The notes under the pieces were generated by a model, which worked only from the letters and a program-made list of their open reading frames with translations, did no database searches and had not been told where the DNA came from. Positions 1 through 12,424 of a DNA stretch of 64,000 bases are shown here, piece after piece (positions within the stretch are counted from its first letter, which is position 1; each line of letters opens with the position of its first letter). This DNA comes from Ranitomeya imitator (taxonomy: Eukaryota). The position numbers and the translations under genes were made by a program. Location of the stretch: contig NC_091286.1 in the NCBI RefSeq assembly GCF_032444005.1, positions 278,132,001 through 278,196,000 on the forward strand. Direction: 5' to 3'.

Positions 1-640
1 GGCCTCCAGTCAATGTTCTAGTATTGGTCTTGCTTCCTCCTGGATCGTTCCTGTGGCCTGTCTGCTCTGCATAAGCTAAGTTTTGCTTGTGTTATTTTTG
101 TTTGCTATTTTTTCTGTCCAGCTTGCATTATTGGTTTTTCTTGCTTGCTGGAAGCTCTGGGACGCAGAGGGAGCACCTCCGTACCGTTAGTCGGTGCGGA
201 GGGTCTTTTTGCCCCCTCTGCATGGTTGTTTGTAGGGTTTTGTGTTGACCGCAAAGCAATCTTTCCTATCCTCGGTCTGTTCAGTAAGTCGGGCCTCACT
301 TTGCTAAAACTATTTCATCTCTGCGTTTGTATTTTCATCTCAACTCACAGTCATTATATGTGGGGGGCTGCCTTTTCCTTTGGGGTATCTCTCTAAGGCA
401 AGATAGGCTTATTTTTCTATCTTCAGGGCTAGCTAGTTTCTCAGGCTGTGATCGAGGCGCATAGGTCTGGTCAGGAGCGCTCCACGGCTACCTCTAGTGT
501 GGTTGGATAGGATTAGGGATTGCGGTCAGCAGAGTTCCCACGACTTAGAGCTCGTCCTATGTTTTTTGGTAATTGTCAGGTCACTTTGTGTGCTCTGAAC
601 TTCAATGTCCATTGTGGTTCTGAATTACCTGTTCATAACA
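1..640 (+). repeat. 5' LTR (partial, about 180 bp missing upstream of window)
   Basis: Direct repeat of 5002-5641; ends ...GTTCATAACA. Confidence 0.95.
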
Positions 641-642
641 GT

Positions 643-652
643 ACTGGAGGCC
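643..652 (+). promoter_or_regulatory. Self-priming primer-binding site (complementary to predicted transcript 5' end)
   Basis: ACTGGAGGCC is the exact reverse complement of GGCCTCCAGT at 1-10. In the 3' LTR the equivalent sequence lies about 30 nt downstream of TATTTAA (4973-4979). Confidence 0.7.
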
Positions 653-776
653 CAAAGTACTAATGCTTCTCAATAGAGGGAAAAAAGAAGTTCTGAGACC
701 ATTTTTTTTTCTTTGCACTGTGTTTTGCCTTTTTTTTCCCCTAGACATTTGGGTGGTTCAGGACACAGGTGTAGTG

Positions 777-3700
777 ATGGACATTACAGGTCTGTCTTCA
801 TGTGTGGATCATCTCACTGCAAGAGTACAAAATATTCAAGACTTTGTGGTTCAGAATTCTATGTTAGAACCAAGAATTCCTATTCCTGATTTGTTTTCTG
901 GAGATAGAGCTAAATTTCTGAGTTTCAAAAATAATTGTAAACTGTTTCTGGCTTTGAAACCTCGCTCCTCTGGTGACCCAGTTCAACAAGTTAGGATTAT
1001 TATTTCTTTATTACGTGGCGACCCTCAAGACTGGGCATTTTCCCTTGTGCCAGGAGATCCTGGTAATATTGATGCGTTTTTCCTGGCGCTCGGATTGCTG
1101 TACGATGAACCTAATTCGGTGGATCAGGCAGAGAAAAATTTGCTGGCTCTGTGTCAGGGTCAGGATGAGATAGAGATTTATTGTCAGAAGTTTAGAAAGT
1201 GGTCCGTGCTCACTCAATGGAATGAAGGTGCGCTGGCAGCTATTTTCAGAAAAGGTCTCTCTGAAGCCCTTAAGGATGTCATGGTGGGATTTCCTATGCC
1301 TGCTGGTCTGAATGAGTCTATGTCTTTGGCCATTCAGATCGGTCGACGCTTGCGTGAGCGTAAATCTGTGCACCATTTGGCGGTATTATCCGAGCATAAA
1401 CCTGAGCCTATGCAGTGCGATAGGACTTTGACCAGAGTTGAACGGCAAGAACACAGACGTCAGAATGGGCTGTGTTTCTACTATGGTGATTCCACTCATG
1501 CTATCTCCGATTGTCCTAAGCGCACTAAGCGGTTCGCTAGGTCTGCCACCATTGGTACGGTACAGTCAAAATTTCTTTTGTCTGTTACTTTGATCTGCTC
1601 TTTGTCATCTTATTCTGTCATGGCATTTGTGGATTCAGGCGCTGCCCTAAATTTGATGGACTTGGAGTATGCTAGGCGTTGTGGGTTTTTCTTGGAGCCC
1701 TTGCAGTGTCCTATTCCATTGAGAGGAATTGATGCTACGCCTTTGGCCAAGAATAAGCCTCAGTACTGGACCCAGCTGACCATGTGCATGGCTCCTGCAC
1801 ATCAGGAGGATATTCGCTTTCTGGTGTTGCATAATCTGCATGATGTGGTCGTGTTGGGGTTGCCATGGCTACAAGTCCATAACCCAGTATTAGATTGGAA
1901 ATCAATGTCTGTGTCCAGCTGGGGTTGTCAGGGGGTACATGGTGATGTCCCATTTCTGTCTATTTCGTCATCCACCCCTTCTGAGGTCCCAGAGTTCTTG
2001 TCTGATTACCGGGATGTATTTGATGAGCCCAAATCCCATGCCCTACCTCCGCATAGGGATTGTGATTGTGCTGTCGATTTGATTCCTGGTAGTAAGTTTC
2101 CTAAGGGTCGACTGTTTAATTTATCTGTGCCTGAGCACGCCGCTATGCGGAGTTACGTGAAGGAGTCCTTGGAGAAGGGTCATATTCGCCCGTCGTCGTC
2201 GCCATTGGGAGCGGGGTTCTTTTTTGTGGCCAAGAGGGATGGTTCGCTGAGACCTTTTATAGATTACCGCCTTCTAAATAAAATCACGGTCAAATTTCAG
2301 TACCCCTTGCCGCTGCTATCTGATTTGTTTGCTCGGATCAAGGGGGCTAGTTGGTTCACCAAGATAGATCTTCGTGGTGCGTATAATCTTGTGTGTATTA
2401 AGCGGGGCAATGAATGGAAAACTGCATTTAATACACCCTAGGGCCATTTTGAGTACCTAGTTATGCCATTCGGACTTGCTAATGCTCCATCGGTGTTTCA
2501 GTCCTTTATGCATGACATCTTCCGAGAGTACTTGGATAAATTCCTGATTGTATACTTGGATGATATTTTGGTCTTCTCGGATGATTGGGAGTCTCATGTG
2601 AAGCAGGTCAGAATGGTGTTCCAGGTCCTGCGTGCTAATTCTTTGTTTGTGAAGGGATCAAAGTGTCTCTTTGGTGTTCAGAAGGTTTCATTTTTGGGGT
2701 TCATTTTTTCCTCTTCTACTATCGAGATGGACCCTGTTAAGGTCCAGGCCATCTATGATTGGACTCAGCCGACATCTCTGAAGAGTCTGCAAAAGTTCCT
2801 GGGCTTTGCTAATTTTTATCGTCGTTTCATCTGTAATTTTTCTAGTATTGCTAAACCATTGACCGATTTGACCAAGAAGGGTGCTGATGTGGTCAATTGG
2901 TCTTCTGCTGCTGTGGAAGCTTTTCAAGAGTTAAAGCATCGTTTTTCTTCTGCTCCTGTGTTGTGTCAACCAGATGTTTCGCTTCCGTTCCAGGTGCTTC
3001 TGAAATTGGAGCGGGGGCTGTTTTGTCGCAAAGAGGTTCTGATTGCTCGGTGATGAAGCCATGCGCCTTCTTTTCCAGGAAGTTTTCGCCTGCTGAGCGA
3101 AATTATGATGTTGGCAATCGAGAGTTGCTGGCCATGAAGTGGGCATTCGAGGAGTGGCGTCATTGGCTTGAAGGAGCTAAGCATCGCGTGGTGGTCTTGA
3201 CTGATCACAAGAACTTGACTTATATCGAGTCTGCCAAACGGTTGAATCCTAGACAGGCTCGTTGGTCGCTGTTTTTCTCCCGTTTTGACTTTGTGGTTTC
3301 GTACCTTCCGGGCTCTAAAAATGTGAAGGCGGATGCCCTGTCTAGGAGTTTTGTGCCCGACTCTCCGGGTTTGTCTGAGCCGGCGGGTATTCTCAAAGAG
3401 GGAGTAATTTTGTCTGCCATCTCCCCTGATTTGCGGCGTGTGCTGCAAAAATTTCAGGCTAATAAACCTGATCGTTGCCCAGCGGAGAAACTGTTTGTCC
3501 CTGATAGGTGGACGAATAAAGTTATCTCTGAGGTTCATTGTTCGGTGTTGGCTGGTCATCCTGGAATCTTTGGTACCAGAGATTTAGTGGCTAGATCCTT
3601 TTGGTGGCCGTCTCTGTCGCGGGATGTGCGTTCTTTTGTGCAGTCCTGTGGGATTTGTTCTCGGGCTAAGCCCTGCTGTTCTCGTGCCAGTGGGTTGCTT

Positions 3701-4810
3701 TTGCCCTTGCCGTTCCTGAAGAGGCCTTGGACACATATCTCTATGGATTTTATTTCGGATCTCCCCGTCTCTCAAAAAATGTCGGTCATTTGGGTGGTTT
3801 GTGATCGCTTCTCTAAGATGATCCATTTGGTACCCTTGTCTAAATTACCTTCCCCCTCTGATTTGGTGCCATTGTTCTTCCAGCATGTGGTTCGTTTACA
3901 TGGCATTCCAGAGAACATCGTTTCTGACAGAGGTTCCCAGTTTGTTTCGAGGTTTTGGCGAGCCTTTTGTGCTAGGATGGGCATTGATTTGTCTTTTTCC
4001 TCGGCTTTCCATCCTCAGACAAATGGCCAGACCGAACGAACCAATCAGACCTTGGAAACATATCTGAGATGCTTTGTTTCTGCTGATCAGGATGATTGGG
4101 TGTCCTTCTTGCCTTTGGCTGAGTTCTCCCTTAATAATCGGGCCAGCTCGGCTACCTTGGTTTCGCCGTTTTTCTGCAATTCTGGGTTCCATCCTTGTTT
4201 CTCTTCAGGGCAGGTTGAGTCTTCGGACTGTCCTGGTGTGGATACTGTGGTGGACAGGTTACAGCAGATTTGGACTCATGTAGTGGACAATTTGACCTTG
4301 TCCCAGGAGAAGGTTCAACGTTTCGCTAATCGCAGACGCTGTGTGGGTTCCCGACTTCGTGTTGGGGATTTGGTTTGGTTGTCATCTCGTCATATTCCTA
4401 TGAAGGTTTCCTCTCCTAAGTTTAAGCCTCGTTTCATTGGTCCGTATAGGATTTCTGAGGTTCTTAATCCTGTGTCTTTTCGTTTGACCCTTCCAGATTC
4501 TTTTTCCATCCATAACGTATTCCATAGGTCATTGTTGCGGAGATACTTGGCACCTATGGTTCCATTTGTTGATCCTCCTGCCCCGGTTTTGGTGGAGGGG
4601 GAGTTGGAGTATATTGTGGAGAAGATTTTGGATTCTCGTGTTTCGAGACGGAAACTCCAGTATCTGGTTAAGTGGAAAGGTTATGGTCAGGAAGATAATT
4701 CCTGGGTCTTTGCCTCTGATGTCCATGCTGCCGATCTTTTTCGTGCCTTTCATATGGCTCATCCTGGTCGGCCTGGGGGCTCTGGTGAGGGTTCGGTGAC
4801 CCCCCCTTAA
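777..4810 (+). pseudogene. gag-pol polyprotein (single frame): Gag, aspartic protease, RT, RNase H, integrase, chromodomain; disrupted
   Basis: Motifs AFVDSGAA (PR), YLDD (RT), NYDVGNRELLA (RH), HHCC plus D-D-E (SMDFI, IVSDRGSQF, QTER), GPY, chromodomain YIVEKILDSR...YLVKWKGY. In-frame TAG at 2439-2441, frameshifting deletion near 2995, zinc-knuckle C>Y at 1482-1484. Start codon placement is inferred. Confidence 0.93.
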
Positions 4811-4820
4811 GGGGGGGTAC

Positions 4821-5641
4821 TGTTGTGAATTCTGTGGCAGAGCTCCCTCCTGTGGTCACAAGTGGTACTTCGGCTGATTCTGTCTATGAGCTTCCGTTGG
4901 TGGATGTGAGTGGTACTGCGGCTTCTGAGTTTCCTTCCTCAGGTGATGTGGTGAAGTCGTTAGGTGCTGCTCTATTTAACTCCACCTAGTGCTTTGCTCC
5001 TAGCCTCCAGTCAATGTTCTAGTATTGGTCTTGCTTCCTCTTGGATCGTTCCTGTGGCCTGTCTGCTCTGCATAAGCTAAGTTTTGCTTGTGTTATTTTT
5101 GTTTGCTATTTTTTCTGTCCAGCTTGCATTATTGGTTTTTCTTGCTTGCTGGAAGCTCTGGGACGCAGAGGGAGCACCTCCGTACCGTTAGTCGGTGCGG
5201 AGGGTCTTTTTGCCCCCTCTGCGTGGTTGTTTGTAGGGTTTTGTGTTGACCGCAAAGCAATCTTTCCTATCCTCGGTCTGTTCAGTAAGTAGGGCCTCAC
5301 TTTGCTAAATCTATTTCATTTCTGCGTTTGTATTTTCATCTCAACTCACAATCATTATATGTGGGGGGCTGCCTTTTCCTTTGGGGTATCTCTCTGAGGC
5401 AAGATAGGCTTATTTTTCTATCTTCAGGGCTAGCTAGTTTCTCAGGCTGTGCTCGAGGCGCATAGGTCTGGTCAGGAGCGCTCCACGGCTACCTCTAGTG
5501 TGGTTGGATAGGATTAGGGATTGCGGTCAGCAGAGTTCCCACGTCTCAGAGCTCGTCCTATGTTTTTTGGTAATTGTCAGGTCACTTTGTGTGCTCTGAA
5601 CTTCAATGTCCATTGTGGTTCTGAATTACCTGTTCATAACA
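4821..5641 (+). repeat. 3' LTR, 821 bp
   Basis: TG...CA ends with 8/9 terminal inverted match; follows the PPT; TATA-like TATTTAA at 4973. Confidence 0.95.
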
Positions 5642-7608
5642 GGCAATATACTATGTTGCTGGGCAATATACTACGTCACTGGGCAATATACCACTTGGCT
5701 GGGCAATATACTACGTGGTTGGGCAATATACTACGTCACTGGGCAATATACTGCGTGACTGTGCAATATACTACGTGGCTCTGTGCTGTATACTATGTGA
5801 CTGGGCAATATACTACGTGGCTCTGTGCTGTATACTACGTCACTGGGCAATATAATACGTAACTGGGCAATATACTACGTGGCTCTGTGCTGTATACTAT
5901 GTGACTGGGCAATATACTACGTGGCTTTGTGCTGTATACTACGTCACTGGGCAATATAATACGTACCTGGGCAATATACTACGTGGCTCTGTGCTGTATA
6001 CTACGTCACTGGGCAATATACTACGTCACTGGGCAATATACTCCGTAACTGGGCAATATACTACATGGCTCTGTGCTGTATACTACATCGCTGTGCAATA
6101 TACTACGTGGTTCTGTGCTGTATACTACGTCGCTGTGCAATATACTACGTAACTGGGCAATATACTACGTGGCTCTGTGCTGTATACTACTTCACTGGGC
6201 AATATACTACGTGACTGGGCAATATACTACATGGCTCTGTGCTGTATACTACATCACTAGGCAATATACTACGTAACTGGGCAATATACTTCGTGGCTGG
6301 GCAATATACTACGTGGCTGGGCAAAATGCTACGTCACTGGGCAATATACTACGTGGTTGGGCAATATACTACGTGGCTGGGCAATATACTACGTGACTGG
6401 GCAATATACTACGTGGCTGGGCAATATACTATGTGGTTGGGCAATATACTATGTTGCTGGGCAATATACTACGTCACTGGGCAATATACTACGTGACTGG
6501 GCAATATACTACATGGCTCTGTGCTGTATACTACGCCACTAGGCAATATACTACGTAACTGGGCAATATACTTCGTGGCTGGGCAATATATTACATCACT
6601 GGGCAATATACTACGTGGTTGGGCAATATACTACGTGGCTGGGCAATATACTACGTGACTGGGCAATATACTACGTTGCTGGGCAATATACTACGTGGCT
6701 GGGCAATATACTATGTGGTTGGGCAATATACTACGTCACTGGGCAATATACTACGTGACTGGGCAATATACTACATGGCTCTGTGCTGTATACTACGCCA
6801 CTAGGCAATATACTACGTAACTGGGCAATATACTTCGTGGCTGGGCAATATATTACATCACTGGGCAATATACTACGTGGTTGGGCAATATACTACGTGG
6901 CTGGGCAATATACTACGTGACTGGGCAATATACTACGTGGCTGGGCAATATACTACGTGACTGGGCAATATACTACGTGACTGGGCAATATACTACGTGG
7001 CTGGGCAATATACTATGTGGTTGGGCAATATACTATGTTGCTGGGCAATATACTACGTCTGCAAAGAAAAAAGAAAAAAAGCCAGCTCACCATATCCAGC
7101 AGAGCACGGAACCAAGTCCTGACACGATGCGAACCAATGGAAAAAAAAAAAAAAAAAAACCACGATGTTCCAGCTCCAAAAGGTAAAATAAACAAACTTT
7201 ATTGGGAAAATATAAAAACATGAAAAATCATGAGCTCCATGAAGACAACACCATGACCTGCGTGAGTTTGGCTACGCGTTTCGACCGGAAAGGTCTTTGT
7301 CAAAGCACATCTACCAAGATTCCTGTAAGAATACAAAGAACCCTTCTGCCAATCAGGTAACTACAAAAAGGTCACAGCAATATACTACGTCACTGGGCAA
7401 TATACTACGTGGCTGGGCAATATACTACGTGGTTGGGCAATATACTACGTCACTGGGCTATATACTACGTGGCTGGGCAATATACTAGGTGGCTGGGCAA
7501 TATACTACGTGGTTGGGCAATATACTACATGGCTGTGCAATATACTACGCGGCTGGGCAATATACTACGTGGTTGGGCAATATACTACGTGGCTGGCCAA
7601 TATACTAT
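5642..7608 (+). repeat. 20-22 bp minisatellite (GGGCAATATACTACGTGGCT and variants)
   Basis: Dozens of tandem units; interrupted at 7060-7376; the same repeat occurs inverted at about 12425-12845. Confidence 0.95.
7060..7376 (-). mobile_element. Penelope-like pseudo-LTR fragment with degenerate hammerhead
   Basis: 15-bp duplication GCAATATACTACGTC (7045-7059 / 7377-7391). Minus strand reads TTGACAAA-GACC-TTTCC-GGTC-GAAACGCGTA, then AATAAA and T tracts. Confidence 0.55.
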
Positions 7609-7905
7609 ACTAATTGGTCTAAAGTAACATTTTTGTAAAAAACAGTTAAATGTTAATTTTTTCCTACCACATTCCATTAAGGCCGGTGTCATACTAGGCA
7701 TGCGAAAATACGGTCTGTTATTTACGGCCAAAATACACAGAAATCTTCCCAAAATAGTGATCCGTATGTCATCCGTAGGCAGGGTGTGGCAGAATATTTT
7801 GCGCATGTCATCCTCCGTATGTAATCCATATGGCATCCGTACTGTGAGATTTTCTCGCCAGCTTGCAAAACGAATATACAATGGATCCATGGGCTCAAAT
7901 ATTCG

Positions 7906-8045
7906 NNNNNNNNNNNNNNNNNNNNNNNNNNNNNNNNNNNNNNNNNNNNNNNNNNNNNNNNNNNNNNNNNNNNNNNNNNNNNNNNNNNNNNNNNNNNNNN
8001 NNNNNNNNNNNNNNNNNNNNNNNNNNNNNNNNNNNNNNNNNNNNN
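7906..8045. other. Assembly gap (140 N)
   Basis: Run of N. Confidence 1.
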
Positions 8046-8439
8046 GACACACCTTCTCATTTAAAGATTTTTCCGTATTTTCATGACTATGAAAATTGTA
8101 AACTCATACTGAAGGCATCAAAACTATGAATTAACACATGTGGAATTATATACTTAACAAAAAAGTGTGAAACAACTGAAAATATGTCTTATATTCTAGG
8201 TTCTTCAAAGTAGCCACCTTTTGATTTGATGACTGCTTTGCACACTCTTGGCATTCTCTTGATGAGCTTCAAGAGGTAGTCACCGGGAATGGTTTTCACT
8301 TCACAGGTGTGCCCTGTCAGGTTTAATAAGTGGGATTGCTCGCCTTATAAATGGGGTTGGGACCATCAGTTGTGTTGAGCAGAAGTCTGGTGGATACACA
8401 GCTGATAGTCCTTCTGAATAGACTGTTACAATTTATATT

Positions 8440-10336
8440 ATAGCAAGAAAAAAAGCAGGTAAGTAAAGAAAAACGAGTGGCCATCATTACTTTGAGAAAT
8501 GAAGGTCAGTCAGTCCAAAAAATTAGGAAAACTTTGAAAGTGTCCCCAAGTGCAGTTGCAAAAACCATCAAGCGCTACAAAGAACCTGGCTCACATGAGG
8601 ACTGCCCCAGGAAAGGAAGACCAAGAGTCACCTCTGCTTCTGAGGATAAGTTTATCCGAGTCACCAGCCTCAGAAATCGTAGGTTAACAGCAGCTCAGAT
8701 TAGAGACCAGGTCAATGCCACACAGAGTTCAAGCAGCAGACACATCTTTACAACAATAGGTTAGGATAGGTTAGGTTGGAAACTTGGGCTGAAAGGTGGC
8801 AGATGAGGTTTAACAATGATAAATTTAAGGTTATACACATGGGAAGAAGGAATCAATATCACCATTACACACTGAACGGGAAACTACTGGGTAAATCTGA
8901 CAGGGAGAAGGACTTGGGGATCCTAGTTAATGATAAACTTACCTGGAGCAGCCAGTGCCAGGCAGCAGCTGCCAAGGCAAACAGGATCATGGGGTGCATT
9001 AAAAGAGGTCTGGATACACATGATGAGAGCATTATACTGCCTCTGTACAAATCTCTAGTTAGACCGCACATGGAGTACTGTGTCCAGTTTTGGGCACCGG
9101 TGCTCAGGAAGGATATAATGGAACTAGAGAGAGTACAAAGGAGGGCAACAAAATTAATAAAGGGGATTGGATAACTACAATACCTAGATAGATTAGCGAA
9201 ATTAGGATTATTTAGTCTAGAAAAAAGACGACTGAGGGGCGATCTAATAACCATGTATAAGTATATAAGGGGACAATACAAATATCTCGCTGAGGATTTG
9301 TTTATACCAAGGAAGGTGACGGGCACAAGGGGGCATTCTTTGCGTCTGGAGGAGAGAAGGTTTTTCCACCAACATAGAAGAGGATTCTTTACTGTTAGGG
9401 CAGTGAGAATCTGGAATTGCTTGCCTGAGGAGGTGGTGATGGCGAACTCAGTCGAGGGGTTCAAGAGAGGCCTGGATGTCTTCCTGGAGCAGAACAATAT
9501 TGTATCATACAATTATTAGGTTCTGTAGAAGGACGTAAATCTGGGGATTTATTATGATGGAATATAGGCTGAAGTGGATGGACTTTTTTCGGCCTTACTA
9601 ACTATGTTACTATGTTACTATGTTACTATGTAACTGTTAAGAGGAGACTTTGTGCAGCAGGCCTTCATGGTAAAATAGCTGCTAGGAAACCACTGCTAAG
9701 GACAGGCAACAAGCAAAAGAGACTTGTTTTGGCTAAAGAACACAAGGAATAGACATTAGACCAGTGGAAATCTGTGCTTTGGTCTGATGAGTCCAAATTT
9801 GAGATGTTTGGTTCTAACCACCGTGTCTTTGTGCGATGCAGAAGAGGTGAACAGATGGACTCTACATGCATGGTTCCCACCGGGAAGCATGGAGGAGGAG
9901 GTGTGATGGTGTGGGGGTGCTTTGCTGGTGATACCGTTGGGGATTTATTCAAAATTGAAGGCATACTGAACCAGCATGGCTACCACAGCATCTTGCAGCG
10001 GCATGTTATTCCATCCGGTTTGCGTTTAGTTGGACCATCATTTATTTTTCAACAGGACAATGACCCCAAACACACCTCCAGGCTGTGTAAGGGCTATTTG
10101 ACCAAGAAGGAGAGTGATGGAGTGCTACGCCAGATGACCTGATGGTCTGGGTTGAGCTGGACCGCAGAGTGAAGGCAAAAGGGCCAACAAGTGCTAAGCA
10201 TCTCGGGGAACTCCTTCAAGATTGTTGGAAGACCATTTCCGGTGACTACCTCTTGAAGCTCATCAAGAGAATGCCAAGAGTGAGCAAAGCAGTCATCAAA
10301 GTAAAAGGTGGCTACTTTGAAGAACCTAGAATATAA
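8440..10336 (+). pseudogene. Tc1 DD34E transposase pseudogene
   Basis: Start appears as ATA, CR1 insertion after RHI-TT, TAG at 9750-9752, and the WPPQSPDLNPIE segment is missing at about 10140. Confidence 0.9.
8757..9631 (+). mobile_element. 5'-truncated CR1 LINE (ORF2 C-terminus plus 3' UTR)
   Basis: WQMRFN..K.KV.H.G, EKDLG, LYKSLVRPH.EYCVQFW.P, LERVQRRATK motifs; 3' (TATGTTAC)n tail; splits the Tc1 ORF. Confidence 0.95.
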
Positions 10337-10499
10337 GACATATTTTCAGTTGTTCCACACTTTTTTGTTAAGTTTATAATTCCACATGTGTTAATTCATA
10401 GTTTTGATGCCTTCAGTGTGAATTTACAATTTTCATAGTCATGAAAATACTGAAAAATCTTTAAATGAGAAGGTGTGTCCAAACTTTTGGTCTGTACTG

Positions 10500-10535
<36 letters not shown>

Positions 10536-11215
10536 CTGTATGTATATTTCATACAGCGCTAGATAGCAGAAAAGCCGGTAATTCAATTGCCGGCATTTGC
10601 TATCTACTTCCCAAACCCGACATGATGTGAGACCTGGTTTACATACAGTAGACAGGGCACTCTAGCTGGTAAAATAAAGGGTTAAATCGCGGAAAAAACT
10701 GGCGTGGGCTCCCTCGCAATTTTCTCCGCCAGAGTAGTAAAGCCAGTGACTGAAGGCAGATATTAATAGTCTAGAGGGGGATCATGGTTATTGGCCCCCC
10801 CTTGCTAAAAACATCTGCCCCCAGCCACCCCAGAAAAGGCAAATCTGGAAGATGCACCTATTCTGGCACTTGGCCACTCTCTTCGCACTCCCGTGTAGCA
10901 GTGGGATATGGGGTTATAAAGGGTTAATGTCACCTTGCTATTGTAAGGTGACATTAAGCCAATTTTTTCCAGGATTTAACCCTTTAATTTAATAGCTAGA
11001 GACACCAAATTTGACACAAAGACATTTCTTACATCAGTAAAGAGGAATATATAATAAAATAAGAGATATGAGATGGTTTACGGTATGTAAACCATGTCTC
11101 ATATCCTGTCGGGTTTGTGAAGGAGAAAGCAAAAGTCGGCACTGGCAGTTGAATTACCGGCTTTTCTGCTATCTAGCACTGAATTAAATATAAATATATA
11201 CATATATGTGTCTCA

Positions 11216-11268
<53 letters not shown>

Positions 11269-11769
11269 ATTATATGTGTACACATTTATTCTACCTATTC
11301 TATTCTGTCAGTGTGATTTTACTGTACACCGCGCTGAATTGCCGGCTTTTCGATAGAACACCGGTGCGTATTTCTCGCAAGTCACATTGTTGGTCCGTGT
11401 GTAATCTGTAATTTTTTCGCCCCCATAGACTTTCATTGGCGGATTTTTTGTGCAATACGCTGATAAACGCAGCATGCTGCGATTTTCTACGGCCGTACAA
11501 AACCGTATAATACGGATCCGTAAAATACGGCAGATAGGAGCTGGGCCATAGAGAATCATTGTACCCAGGGGCGTAGCTAGAGCTTTTGCCGCCCGGGGCT
11601 GCTCCCGAGTTTGGCGCCCCCCCCCCCCCCCTCGGCTCAATACACACAAAGGTTACCAAAAATAGGACAACACGCATGATCGGGACTGCAAAAAAAAAAC
11701 AAGTTCTGCTTACCTGACCGCGCTCCTGCTCTCTCCACGCAGCTGAAGCGTGCACTCGCCGGCGACTGA

Positions 11770-12110
11770 CAATGATGTCAGCATTGCCCCAGTGTCTCCA
11801 GCAATCATCTGCCCCAGTGTGTCCTCCAGCATTGCCCCCAGTGTGTCCAGCAATCTGCCCCAGTGTCTCCAGCATTGCCCCAGGGTCTCCAGCAATCTGC
11901 CCCAGTGTCTCCAGCAATCTGCCCCAGTGTCTTCAGCATTGCCCCCAGACAGTGTGTCCAGCAATCTGCCCCAGTGTGTCCAGCATTGCCCCAGTGGGTC
12001 CTCCAGCATTGCCCCCAGTGTGTCCAGCAATCTGTCCCAGTGTCTCCAGCATTGCCCCAGTGTCTCCAGCATTGCCCCAGTGTCTCCAGCATTGCCCCAG
12101 TGTGTCCACC
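11770..12110. repeat. 20-22 bp GC-rich minisatellite (CCAGCATTGCCCCAGTGTCT)
   Basis: Tandem units lying between two related ~70-bp direct repeats at about 11710 and 12144. Confidence 0.9.
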
Positions 12111-12424
12111 GTTAGCTTATCAAAAAAAAAAAAACAGAGTCTCCTCACCTGACCAGCGCTCCATGCGGCGAGCTCCCTCCAGCAGCGCACACTCGCCGGC
12201 GACTGACAATGACGTCAGAAGCCGGCGACGTGTGCGCTGCCAGCCTCCAAATGGCTGGTGGCTGTTGTTAACTATTGAAGTGCGGGCGCGGGCCCGCACG
12301 TCAATAGCATTAAACAGCTGCAGCGCCGGCTGCGGTTTTAGACGGCCCCGGGCGAAAGAGTCTCAGTGGGCCTCCCTTTTAACACATAGCACGATTCACG
12401 ATGCAGATACAGCAGAGAAATATA

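Larger units (their letters stand above)
1..5641 (+). mobile_element. Ty3/gypsy chromovirus (Tf1/sushi-like) LTR retrotransposon, near full length, 5' LTR truncated by window edge
   Basis: Two LTR copies offset by 5001 bp (1-640 = 5002-5641, about 11 substitutions). 3' LTR is TGTTGTGAA...TTCATAACA. Polypurine tract at 4809-4817. Gag-PR-RT-RH-IN-chromodomain order between the LTRs. Confidence 0.97.
8046..10499 (+). mobile_element. Tc1-family DNA transposon with long TIRs, inactivated, interrupted by CR1
   Basis: TIR 8046-8293 matches 10232-10479 in inverted orientation; right end ...TCTGTACTG followed by TA. Transposase motifs GRPRVTS, WSDESKF, KHGGGGVMVWGCF, FQQDNDPKHT. Confidence 0.95.

Noticed and set aside
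645-662. Conventional tRNA PBS starting TGGAGG after the chromovirus LTR
   Set aside because: Only about 6 nt match a recalled tRNA-Gln end; the 10-nt match to the element's own predicted 5' end explains it better.
5642-7608. CRISPR-like appearance of short regular repeats
   Set aside because: No unique spacers, eukaryotic context, no cas genes; ordinary minisatellite.
9784-9790. CTGATGA hammerhead-like core
   Set aside because: It encodes the Tc1 WSDES motif and has no helix II-GAAA arrangement.
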